From sequence record SRR31156797_15625: 39,068 bases of DNA. One strand, given 5' to 3'. The position numbers and the translations under genes were made by a program. Positions 1 through 8,660 of this stretch are shown here, piece by piece; the stretch's first letter is position 1; every line of letters starts with the position of its first letter. The notes beneath the pieces are model-generated. The model was given only the letters and a program-made list of their open reading frames with translations. It ran no database searches and had not been told where the DNA came from.

Positions 1-211
1 TTTAACCTCAAAAGGTCAACAGACCCTAGGCCAGCGAAGCTTTCGAGAGTGATTTCCATTATGGTTTGAAAAAAAATATTATTTAAATGAATGCATATAA
101 TAGAGTATGCAAACTATTCACACGAACTTCACATTCTGCCTATTTACATTTGCGGTCAGAGTTAGCGTAATGGTGTAGTGTAATGTCTTCGAATAAAGGA
201 TTAAGAGTTTT

Positions 212-2155
212 ATGGCGCACCTGCATTGTATTAAGCCGTCTCGTATTTTGTTATCACTGGTAGCTTTTAGCTCATTGATTAGCGGCACTGCGTTTTCAAG
301 CTCTTTGGATCTTAACGCTCAGCGTGATTTGTACGACCAGGCCCAGGATTGGCTGGATGATAAACAAGTCGCTAAATTTGAAAAAATTCGCTCCAAGATC
401 AGCGACTACCCCTTAACCCCTTACCTTGATTACCGATCTTTTCTTATTGATATCGGGAACAAACCACCGATTGCTGTTCGAGTTTTTATTGATGGCCATA
501 AAGCGTTTCCTTTCTCTAATCGTATTAGTGCGCCATATCTGGATGCGCTAGCTAGGAAAAAAGAGTGGAGCACTTTACTACAGTTTCAAACAACCGAGCC
601 TAACGGTGAAACTTATCAGTGTTATTACTACAACGCGATGTATCAAACAGGGAAAGCTAAGCAGGCTTTCGAGGGGGCAAAAAAACTGTGGTTGAATGGC
701 GCTAGCGTTGCTGATGCGTGTGATCCCTTGTTTAGTGGGTTAGACAAAGCAGGCAAGTTGACGGATGAGCTGATCTTCGAGCGAATGATTTTGGCTTTTG
801 ATGGACGCAATCGTAGCCTGATTCGCTATTTGTCTAAGAAACTAAAAAGCAGCAACTATCAGGCAAGAGCAAAAGCGATGCTTACTCTTTTTGATAAGCC
901 CGAAACGGTTGCTTCATTTTTAAAACAGTACAGTGACCCACTATCGATCAAACAAGCGCAGTTGGCATTGGAAAAAATGGCTCGAATTGATAGTGAAAAA
1001 GCCAAACAGCTATCTGACAAAGTGGTAAAAAGCCCCAAATGGAGTGCGGCACAGAAAGCGGATATAGAGCAATATATCGCTTTTCGCCTGATGAATGCGG
1101 AAGATGACGATTTGATTCGTTGGCGAGATAAAGTTATCGCTGGTGGACATAATCGCACTCTCGTTGAAACAAGAGTTCGGGCGGCATTGCGCAATGCGGA
1201 TTGGGATGATGTTCTATTCTGGATTAACCGCCTGCCAGAGGAGGATAAAAAATCTCAGCGTTGGCAATACTGGTTAGGCCGAAGTGAAATTGAAAATGGT
1301 CATTCCGAGCAAGGGATGCAGCGGTTGTTTGCTCTTGTTGGTCAACGTAATTTTTATAGCGTCGCTGCAGCAAAGATTGTTAAGCAATCCATCGTTTATC
1401 CTAAGAGTCGTGTCGAGCTAGATTTCTCCCAGATTAAAGCTTATCAAACCAGTTTAGACCGAATTCAGGAACTGATTGACCGAGACAAAATCGCTGCGGC
1501 GAAAAGTGAGTGGTATTGGTTACTGTCAAGAGTGAATCAAGCGCAAAAAGAGATGTTAGCGGCTTATGCTTCTGATCAGCATTGGTATCATCTCACGGTC
1601 ACCGCATCTATTTCCGCGCGAATGTGGGATAACATACAACTGAGGTTCCCTCTTGCCCATCAGTGGTGGTTTAACTTCTACGGCAATAAACATGGCATCG
1701 ACCCTATTATGTTGATGTCATTGGCCCGCCAAGAGAGCGCTATGGATTCTGAGGCTCGCTCTCCAGTCGGAGCCCGCGGTATCATGCAAATTATGCCTGC
1801 GACAGCGAAATATACCGCCAAAAAATACCAGCTGACATACAGTGGTGCGGATGATTTGTATGAAGTCGGCAAGAACATTGAAATAGGCAGTCACTACTTA
1901 AATGGTTTGCTGGAAAGGTACGATAACAACCGTATTTTTGCTTTTGCGGCTTATAATGCGGGCCCACATCGTGTAGACCGGTGGCGTAAACAGACTCAGG
2001 GTAAGCTCGATGCTTATGCGTTTATCGAAGCAATACCTTTTCGGGAGACCCGTGGTTACGTACAAAACATTTTGATGTTTGAAACATATTATCGAGATCT
2101 GATGGGACTTGATGGTGAGTTCTTAAATGAAAATGAGTTAGCGACAAAATATTGA
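212..2155 (+). CDS. slt: Soluble lytic murein transglycosylase Slt70
   Basis: 647 aa; signal peptide; C-terminal SLT domain motifs ARQES, GARGIMQIMP, AAYNAGP, ETRGYVQ; directly upstream of trpR. Confidence 0.95.
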   Translation: MAHLHCIKPSRILLSLVAFSSLISGTAFSSSLDLNAQRDLYDQAQDWLDDKQVAKFEKIRSKISDYPLTPYLDYRSFLIDIGNKPPIAVRVFIDGHKAFPFSNRISAPYLDALARKKEWSTLLQFQTTEPNGETYQCYYYNAMYQTGKAKQAFEGAKKLWLNGASVADACDPLFSGLDKAGKLTDELIFERMILAFDGRNRSLIRYLSKKLKSSNYQARAKAMLTLFDKPETVASFLKQYSDPLSIKQAQLALEKMARIDSEKAKQLSDKVVKSPKWSAAQKADIEQYIAFRLMNAEDDDLIRWRDKVIAGGHNRTLVETRVRAALRNADWDDVLFWINRLPEEDKKSQRWQYWLGRSEIENGHSEQGMQRLFALVGQRNFYSVAAAKIVKQSIVYPKSRVELDFSQIKAYQTSLDRIQELIDRDKIAAAKSEWYWLLSRVNQAQKEMLAAYASDQHWYHLTVTASISARMWDNIQLRFPLAHQWWFNFYGNKHGIDPIMLMSLARQESAMDSEARSPVGARGIMQIMPATAKYTAKKYQLTYSGADDLYEVGKNIEIGSHYLNGLLERYDNNRIFAFAAYNAGPHRVDRWRKQTQGKLDAYAFIEAIPFRETRGYVQNILMFETYYRDLMGLDGEFLNENELATKY

Positions 2156-2188
2156 TTCTCGTTGAGCTATCTCTACAATAGGCAGGGT

Positions 2189-2206
2189 GTATCACTCAAC
2201 GAGTAC
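2189..2206 (+). promoter_or_regulatory. Probable TrpR operator (autoregulation)
   Basis: 18-bp GTATCACTCAACGAGTAC resembles GTACTAGTTAACTAGTAC; lies between a TACAAT -10-like box (2174-2179) and the trpR ATG. Confidence 0.55.
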
Positions 2207-2210
2207 AGTT

Positions 2211-2504
2211 ATGTCGCAACAACCTGAGTATAGCGATTGGAAACAATTAGTCGATTTAGTTAAGCAAGCCGCTGATCACGACCAACATGAAATGTTGTTA
2301 ACTATGTTGATGACGCCCGATGAGAGAGAGGCCTTGGTGGCTCGAGTCAATATTTTCTGCGAGTTGTTAAAAGGTGAGATGTCTCAACGTCAGGTAAGCC
2401 AAATGCTGGGCGTGGGTATTGCGACGATTACTCGAGGTTCGAATGAGCTGAAGTCGCGTTCTGAGCAAGAAAAACAGATGCTCAGCAAGCTGATTCTTAA
2501 ATAA
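2211..2504 (+). CDS. trpR: Trp operon repressor
   Basis: LMTPDEREAL and SQR..GVGIATITRGSNELK helix-turn-helix; ATG 2211 preferred over GTG 2187. Confidence 0.95.
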   Translation: MSQQPEYSDWKQLVDLVKQAADHDQHEMLLTMLMTPDEREALVARVNIFCELLKGEMSQRQVSQMLGVGIATITRGSNELKSRSEQEKQMLSKLILK

Positions 2505-2520
2505 CTCAATGATGTTAAAT

Positions 2521-2554
2521 AAAAACGCTAGCTAATAGTCGCTAGCGTTTTTTT
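2521..2554. terminator. Bidirectional intrinsic terminator between trpR and yjjX
   Basis: AAAAACGCTAGC-8 nt-GCTAGCGTTTTTTT between convergent genes. Confidence 0.85.
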
Positions 2555-2561
2555 ATAGGAA

Positions 2562-3092
2562 TTAACTTAAGTTATCAGGGAAGTGTTCTGGATTGCTAAA
2601 CGGGATTAGGGCAAGAATCAAAGCCTGATGGTAAACTGAACTGCGAGTTAATAAATGCTGAGTCAATAACCCGATGGCCCCGCCTTTTTGTTTGATATTT
2701 TCGGTACCAAACACTTCATCCATCACATCGCCTAATTCATTGGCGTGTTGCAGTTTTTCAATGACGTCTGGGGGGAGCATCAAACTTGCAGAGCGAGACT
2801 CACCTCGTTGCGTGTGAGATTCGATGATCATCCATGCGAAGGTGACATTTTCCTCTATTCCGGCTTCTAAACCGACATAGTAGTCACCATCTTGAATTGC
2901 ATGTTTCGCGTTACGTACTCGGTTTAACGCACCTAATTTAGTTTCCTTGTTGCTCATAGGTTGATCAGCGACTTCACTTGGTACGCTAACACCTTCAAAG
3001 GTAAGAAGTTGATTCGGAAACACGGCCTCAAAGGCACTTTTTACCGCGTTGATTTTTGCGGGATTAAGTGAGGCAATGATGACTTTTTTCAT
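2562..3092 (-). CDS. yjjX: Inosine/xanthosine triphosphatase
   Basis: ASLNPAKI, QPMS..ET..GA.NR, GLEAGIE, KQKGGAIG motifs; convergent with trpR. Confidence 0.93.
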   Translation of the reverse strand: MKKVIIASLNPAKINAVKSAFEAVFPNQLLTFEGVSVPSEVADQPMSNKETKLGALNRVRNAKHAIQDGDYYVGLEAGIEENVTFAWMIIESHTQRGESRSASLMLPPDVIEKLQHANELGDVMDEVFGTENIKQKGGAIGLLTQHLLTRSSVYHQALILALIPFSNPEHFPDNLS

Positions 3093-5403
3093 AACGGATT
3101 TCGCTTATGTTCCATTCTTGGATTTGCTCAACAGACATCGGTGCACCAAAGAAATGGCCCTGAATATAGTTACAGTGGTATTCGTTTAGCCATTGGCGCA
3201 TGTCTTGGTTATCAACGCCTTCTGCGGTGACTTTAATGGCCTGAGAATGACAGAGTTGAATCAGAGGTTCAAGCAATCTTCGTTTGCCTTTAGATAGCAG
3301 CACTTGAATGAAATCTTGGTCAAACTTAATTTTTTTAATCGGATATTGGATTAACTGAACAATCGAAGTGTATCCAGAACCAAAGTCATCAATGGTTAAC
3401 CCGTAACCTTGCTTCACCAGCTCATCAAGCAGTGGAACCGTATTTCTATCCGCGGCAAAGGTTTCTGTAATTTCGAACTCAACCCAGCACGGCAGTACCT
3501 GGTATTTTTTTGATTGTTGTTTAATGAAATCGGCCAGACAGATGGAATCGAGCTCTGCGGACGATAAATTAATAGAGATATGCACCGGCTGCTCAAATGA
3601 TTCCCATAGCGATGAAAACTCAGAAAACGCGCGTTTAATGACCCAACGGTCGATGTTGCCAAACAATCCTGTTTGCTCAGCAATTGGAATAAATTCATTG
3701 GGGGAGACTTCACCTAAAGCTTTGGAGTGCCAACGCAGCAACACTTCAAATCCGGCGATGTTGAGATTATTGCAATCAAAATAGGGCTGATAAACCAGAG
3801 AGAACTCTTGGTCATAGTTCTCTAGACGAAGTTCACGTTCGATAGCATTTCTTCGTTGAACCAACTGATCAAGCTGTTTTGAGTAATGAGCGACCTGATT
3901 TTTCCCCGCATTTTTGGCCTGATACATGGCGGTATCAGCATTAAGAAGTAGGGTTTCAATGTCATAACCATCTTCAGGATAGGTGGCTATGCCAATACTT
4001 GCGGTAATGGGAAGTTGCCCTAAAGGCGAGTCGTCGTGCAGCTGTATTGGTTGCAGTAACCGCTGCGAAAAGTTATCGCCACAATCTGATAGTCGATTTG
4101 GAGAGCAGAGCAAGATGGCAAACTCGTCACCCGCGAGTCGAGCCGGAATACTAAAAACGTGGTGGGTCTTATTAAACTCATCACAAAGTGACTGAGCATG
4201 TGTTGCGAAGTTAACAAGCAATGAGTCACCAATCTGATGCCCATACTTATCGTTGACAAATTTGAAGTTATCCAAGTCGATATAGAGCACTTCTAAATGA
4301 CTATTGATTGGCGCTTCTCTTAAAGTGCGATTGGCCTCAATTTGAAACTGATACCGGTTGGCCAATTTGGTGAGATGGTCATATTCCGCCAGTGTTTTCG
4401 TTTGCTGATAGGTATTGTTTAACTCGTTGTACATCTCATAGAAACGCTCGGATAATCGGCCGATTTCATCATTAGAATCCAGTTTCTCTATGTTACAACG
4501 CTGTTTACCTTCAACTTCCTGAAGTTGTCTGTCTAAGCGTGATATAGGATTAATGACATGGCGATAAAGCAAGAACAATAGCAGTGCTACGGTCACAATG
4601 GTCGAACTGCCAAAAGCAGCTAACAGGTTCTGCTTGATATTGTTGAGCTGATTTCTTATCAGCATGGGAGCAGGTGCCAAAGTAGCAAACATGCCACTTT
4701 GTAATTCCACCGATTGCGTTAAATCGTTGTGGTAGTCCTGAGGACGTTTGCTAAAGAAAATTTGGCTACGATTGTCGTATTCGATCTGTTGTCGAAGCGC
4801 ATTAAATTCATCTAAAACAACGTACACAACCACGAAAAAAATGTCATCACGCTTATAACTCAGTGGGGTTTTCAATGTTCGTATATCTAAAACGTCATAG
4901 CGAACTAAGATTCCTTCGCCATTTGAGTTCTCTGTGTAACTGATATCTGAAGTTCTGAGGGTTTGGTTAAACCTGTACTTTATGTACTTAAAAACGGTCG
5001 GATCCATTTCAGCAAACGGATCTTCTTTGTTGTCAGCGAAGAACAGAATGTTTTTATCACCATCAAGAATTGATAAGGCTACGGAATCGCGCTCATTGGA
5101 TTTCAATACGTGAAAGGTTTCATCAATACTTTCGGCGAGTTCCAGCTCTCTATATGGATTGTTTCGGTGATCAAAGTAGTCTCTGATTGTTTCACTTTTA
5201 GCTAAAGTGAAAGCATAGCTGCTAACCATAGCTTGGGTTTGACGAAAGTGACTGGCGAGCTTCTCCATATCAAGTTGGAGATAACTGTCTACGCGCTTCA
5301 TCAATGCTTCTTTTTGACTGTCATAGATGATGTAGCTTGATGCCGCAGCACTGAGCATAATAACAGGGGCGATCAGTAAAAGGATTCTATTGTTTAGCTT
5401 CAT
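3064..5403 (-). CDS. mbaA: Membrane-bound HAMP-GGDEF-EAL c-di-GMP phosphodiesterase MbaA
   Basis: Two TM segments flank a periplasmic domain; HAMP (DEIGRL); GGDEF domain with AGDEF; EAL domain with EVLLRW and DDFGSGYTS; lies between nspS and yjjX. Confidence 0.85.
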   Translation of the reverse strand: MKLNNRILLLIAPVIMLSAAASSYIIYDSQKEALMKRVDSYLQLDMEKLASHFRQTQAMVSSYAFTLAKSETIRDYFDHRNNPYRELELAESIDETFHVLKSNERDSVALSILDGDKNILFFADNKEDPFAEMDPTVFKYIKYRFNQTLRTSDISYTENSNGEGILVRYDVLDIRTLKTPLSYKRDDIFFVVVYVVLDEFNALRQQIEYDNRSQIFFSKRPQDYHNDLTQSVELQSGMFATLAPAPMLIRNQLNNIKQNLLAAFGSSTIVTVALLLFLLYRHVINPISRLDRQLQEVEGKQRCNIEKLDSNDEIGRLSERFYEMYNELNNTYQQTKTLAEYDHLTKLANRYQFQIEANRTLREAPINSHLEVLYIDLDNFKFVNDKYGHQIGDSLLVNFATHAQSLCDEFNKTHHVFSIPARLAGDEFAILLCSPNRLSDCGDNFSQRLLQPIQLHDDSPLGQLPITASIGIATYPEDGYDIETLLLNADTAMYQAKNAGKNQVAHYSKQLDQLVQRRNAIERELRLENYDQEFSLVYQPYFDCNNLNIAGFEVLLRWHSKALGEVSPNEFIPIAEQTGLFGNIDRWVIKRAFSEFSSLWESFEQPVHISINLSSAELDSICLADFIKQQSKKYQVLPCWVEFEITETFAADRNTVPLLDELVKQGYGLTIDDFGSGYTSIVQLIQYPIKKIKFDQDFIQVLLSKGKRRLLEPLIQLCHSQAIKVTAEGVDNQDMRQWLNEYHCNYIQGHFFGAPMSVEQIQEWNISEIRYEKSHHCLT

Positions 5404-6433
5404 GTTGTTCGATCACGCTGTTGATGATTTTAGCTCTTAAACTCAGGTTCGAAGCAGAAAGCTCACTGTCAACAATGCTTTGGGAGAGCATGTTGTCAGG
5501 TAAAAAAATTGCTTGGTCCTGTATATAACTGTCGGGCAGCAGTTTCACTGCTTGTTGGTTTGGCGTTGCGCCTTTGATGTCCAAGGCATTCATAGCGGCT
5601 ATTTCTGGTTTCATTAAATACTCCAAAAATAACTGCGCTTGCTTTTTATTGTTGGAATGACTGTTTATCGCTAAACAATCGACCCACACATAAGGTCTCC
5701 CTTCGGGTAAGGCAAAGTTCCAGTCATCATCGTCGAAAAATCGGTTTAGTGAAAATTGGTCACCGCTGTAACTGAGAGCCATGTATAAATCGTTATTGTC
5801 TGCATGGCTGCGGATGTAACTCAATGCATACTCAAAAGTTAATACATCAGGTACGGATTTCTTAAGTTTGTTGTAGGCCGCTTTGAGTTCACTGACGGAA
5901 GCTGTCAGTGGGGATTTGTTCATACTATATAGAGCTGGAAGCAGAGTTTCGACACTATCATCCAATAGCCCTACATGCCCTTTGAGGTTGTCATCAATAT
6001 CGATCAAATCTTTCCACCGAGAGGGCGGAGGAGATACTTTACTCTTTCGGTAGGCAATGCCAACGTATCCCCAGAAGTAGGGAACAGCTTGTGTTCCACA
6101 AGCTTTTATCCAGCGAGTATCGTTGTTTTCCCTTCCTTTGAGATGCGTTAAATCTTCGAATAAACTTTGTGAGGAAAAGAGTTGGGCGGAGACATTATCT
6201 AAAACGATGATATCAAATGGGAGCGTAGCTCCATCTAACAGCAGTAAGCTTCGTTCGTCATCATTATCGAAGTGATAAGTATTGATCTTGGTGTCGTGGG
6301 TTTTGTTCCACGCCTGAATAACACGAGGAGAAAGCGTATCTTCCCATAGATAAATATTGAGTTCTGAAGATATCGTTGGCGAGCTGAACATTGCAGTCAT
6401 CGCCATGAGGGAGATGATACGTCCTTTCATCAT
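5387..6433 (-). CDS. nspS: PotD-like periplasmic polyamine (norspermidine/spermidine) sensor NspS
   Basis: Signal peptide; PotD/PotF-type motifs LWEDT, PYFWG, YSGD, WVDCLAI; no ABC permease nearby; overlaps mbaA start. Confidence 0.85.
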   Translation of the reverse strand: MMKGRIISLMAMTAMFSSPTISSELNIYLWEDTLSPRVIQAWNKTHDTKINTYHFDNDDERSLLLLDGATLPFDIIVLDNVSAQLFSSQSLFEDLTHLKGRENNDTRWIKACGTQAVPYFWGYVGIAYRKSKVSPPPSRWKDLIDIDDNLKGHVGLLDDSVETLLPALYSMNKSPLTASVSELKAAYNKLKKSVPDVLTFEYALSYIRSHADNNDLYMALSYSGDQFSLNRFFDDDDWNFALPEGRPYVWVDCLAINSHSNNKKQAQLFLEYLMKPEIAAMNALDIKGATPNQQAVKLLPDSYIQDQAIFLPDNMLSQSIVDSELSASNLSLRAKIINSVIEQHEAKQ

Positions 6434-6630
6434 CGTTTAAATGCGCCTTGTGTTTAATCTTGCATCTATCGCAAGCTATGAAAGTAATCACTGTGCTTAC
6501 TTATGCAACAGTCACACCACCCTAATAGATTTGCATTAGATTGTATATTTCTTTTTATTTCATCACTTCACATTATGAAACTTAGGCTGTACATCGGCGC
6601 ATTTTTATTAATTTTTTAACACGTTCAGCA

Positions 6631-7806
6631 CTAACTGAGCCTAACTTGAGTCGGTTTTATGTTCTCACTTGGGTAGCAACCTAGCACTTTTAGATGTTTG
6701 GTCAGTTTTGTGAGTTCATTGAGCGCTTGCTGCATGTTTTCAGAATCAAGATGCGCTTCTAAGTCTACATAAAACATCTCTTCCCAAGGGTTCCCCATAA
6801 TAGGACGAGATTCTAACTTGGTCATATTAATGCCCAGACGTTGCAGCACTAAAAGGGTTGAAACCAGTGATCCCGCCTCTTGAGAGGTGGACATTATCAG
6901 CGTCGTTTTTGCGGGGATTTGTGTTGACACTTCAACCGGTTTACGCGCCACAAGAATAAAGCGGGTATGGTTTTCGGTTTGGTTAGCAATGTTGCCCTGA
7001 ATGGCTTGTAAACCGTACAACTTTCCACTTGATGCATTACCGATGGCCGCGACATCATCGCGATTCATTTGCTGAACTTTTTTCATCGCATCAGCAGTAC
7101 TTGCGCAACTTTCCAGCTTTACGCCCTCTAAACGACTTAAGAACTCGCTACACTGTTGGTGTGGTTGTGGGTGTGAATAGAGTACTTTTAAGTTTTCTAA
7201 TCGAATGTCTTTAGTTGCAACGAGGCAGTGTTCAATTGGCTGGGTGATTTCACCAACGATGTATAACGTTGTGTGCTGTAACAGGTCGTAAACTTCATTG
7301 ATTGAACCTGAGCTGGTATTTTCAATCGGTAAAACACCATAATCAGCGTGACCTGATTCAACGGTTTTGGTGACTTCTTTGAACTGATCGCAATTGAGTT
7401 CCACAAGCTCTGTATTGCGACGGCTAAAGTATTCGCGCGTGGCTAAGTGAGAATAAGAGCCTTTAGAACCTAAGAACGCAACACGGGCTAGAGGTTTACG
7501 ACTCTGTGGGTTCGCGAGATTTTGTAGGTATGCTTGTTGCAGCAATACTGAATCTTCAATGATAGTGTGGAAGATTTTTGTGATGTATTGAGCATCCAGC
7601 TCATATTTGTCTTTACCAGAGTTGATCAGTTTTACCAGCAGTTGTTGTTCGCGAACGGCATCACGAACGGGTTTGGATGTTTCAACTTTGCTTTTGGCGA
7701 CTTCAATACTGAGCTGGCGACGCTCGGAAAGTAGGCTTAGCAATTGGTCATCAAGTTCATTGAGTCTCAAGCGAATCTCATCAAGAGAGTACTGTCTGTC
7801 TGTCAT
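6631..7806 (-). CDS. pheA: Chorismate mutase/prephenate dehydratase (P-protein)
   Basis: N-terminal CM domain, GVLPIENTSSGSI, NHTRF, ACT domain with LESRP; ATG 7806 preceded by TAAGGA. Confidence 0.96.
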   Translation of the reverse strand: MTDRQYSLDEIRLRLNELDDQLLSLLSERRQLSIEVAKSKVETSKPVRDAVREQQLLVKLINSGKDKYELDAQYITKIFHTIIEDSVLLQQAYLQNLANPQSRKPLARVAFLGSKGSYSHLATREYFSRRNTELVELNCDQFKEVTKTVESGHADYGVLPIENTSSGSINEVYDLLQHTTLYIVGEITQPIEHCLVATKDIRLENLKVLYSHPQPHQQCSEFLSRLEGVKLESCASTADAMKKVQQMNRDDVAAIGNASSGKLYGLQAIQGNIANQTENHTRFILVARKPVEVSTQIPAKTTLIMSTSQEAGSLVSTLLVLQRLGINMTKLESRPIMGNPWEEMFYVDLEAHLDSENMQQALNELTKLTKHLKVLGCYPSENIKPTQVRLS

Positions 7807-7821
7807 TAGAATTATCCTTAT

Positions 7822-7844
7822 AAAAAAACCTCCCATTGGGAGGC
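7822..7844 (-). terminator. pheA attenuator terminator
   Basis: GCCTCCC-AAT-GGGAGG-TTTTTTT on the minus strand between leader peptide and pheA. Confidence 0.88.
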
Positions 7845-7893
7845 TTTCTGTTCGTTTTTGACTTTTCTTTCTTAAACGACTGAGCCTCCAAAA

Positions 7894-7941
7894 TTATTGG
7901 AGAAAAAAGAAGTCAAAAAAGAACATTTGTGTATTGGTCAT
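7894..7941 (-). CDS. pheL: pheA leader peptide MTNTQMFFFDFFFLQ
   Basis: 15-codon ORF with six Phe codons, followed by the attenuator hairpin. Confidence 0.9.
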   Translation of the reverse strand: MTNTQMFFFDFFFLQ

Positions 7942-8002
7942 TGTTTATAGCTAATTTATTAGTGTATCTCCACAATAAGCAAGGCAGCACAGAGCGTCAA
8001 GC

Positions 8003-8029
8003 AAAAAAATAGCGCCCTAAGGCGCTATT
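8003..8029 (-). terminator. raiA intrinsic terminator
   Basis: AATAGCGCC-TTAG-GGCGCTATTTTTTT on the minus strand. Confidence 0.85.
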
Positions 8030-8044
8030 CTTGAAACCTATTTA

Positions 8045-8371
8045 TTATTCTGTCTCTTCTTCCACTTCTGGTTTGTCTGAGCGTCTTGCTTCTGGTTTAT
8101 GACGAAGTTTGTTTAGTTGACGTTCAAGTTTTTGTTCAACTTCGTTAATGGCAGCGTAGAGATCTTCATGCATTGCGGAAGCAACAAGTTGGCCTTTTGG
8201 AATCGTTACGGTTGCTTCAAATTTTTTCTGTTTGTTTGGCTCTTCACTAAAGCTGCACTGACATCCTGTGATGTCTACTTGCCATTTCTCTAGCTTTTTA
8301 AGTTTGCTCTCAATGTGATCGCGGATTGCAGAGGTAATTTCGATATTTTTACCAGTAATGTTCATATTCAT
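8045..8371 (-). CDS. raiA: Ribosome-associated translation inhibitor RaiA (YfiA/Vrp)
   Basis: NITGKNIEITSAIR..KLEKWQ..HEDLYAAINEVEQKLERQLNKL; upstream of pheLA. Confidence 0.93.
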   Translation of the reverse strand: MNMNITGKNIEITSAIRDHIESKLKKLEKWQVDITGCQCSFSEEPNKQKKFEATVTIPKGQLVASAMHEDLYAAINEVEQKLERQLNKLRHKPEARRSDKPEVEEETE

Positions 8372-8437
8372 AATGCTTTTTCCTCTGTTTCATCCCTCAT
8401 GGGTTAACTCCAGATTACCTATTCACAGATAAAAGAA

Positions 8438-8453
8438 TGTGATCACGATCACT
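8438..8453. promoter_or_regulatory. CRP-like site upstream of raiA
   Basis: TGTGA-TCACGA-TCACT, 9/10 match to TGTGA-N6-TCACA. Confidence 0.6.
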
Positions 8454-8660
8454 TTTGTGGGTAGGTAAATTCTGATCAATTTTAAACGTGATCTCACGCA
8501 AAGTGTTGTCACTTAAAGGGTAGAAAAAGCTTGTTATTTCTAACCACATGTCTAAATTTAGAAGGATAGCTTACTGAAAATTCATCCATTTTTAGGGAGC
8601 GAATTCGGCTCATCAAACCTGCCTGTTTAATTCCTAACCAAGATTAAAATGTTAACTCAG

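Noticed and set aside
1-211. Gene or RNA upstream of slt
   Set aside because: Only a possible minus-strand SD at the window edge; nothing supportable inside the window
2562-3092. Functional link of yjjX (ITP/XTPase) or pgeF to the xanthine-riboswitch cluster
   Set aside because: Both sit in their usual core-genome contexts and have no riboswitch; the proximity looks coincidental
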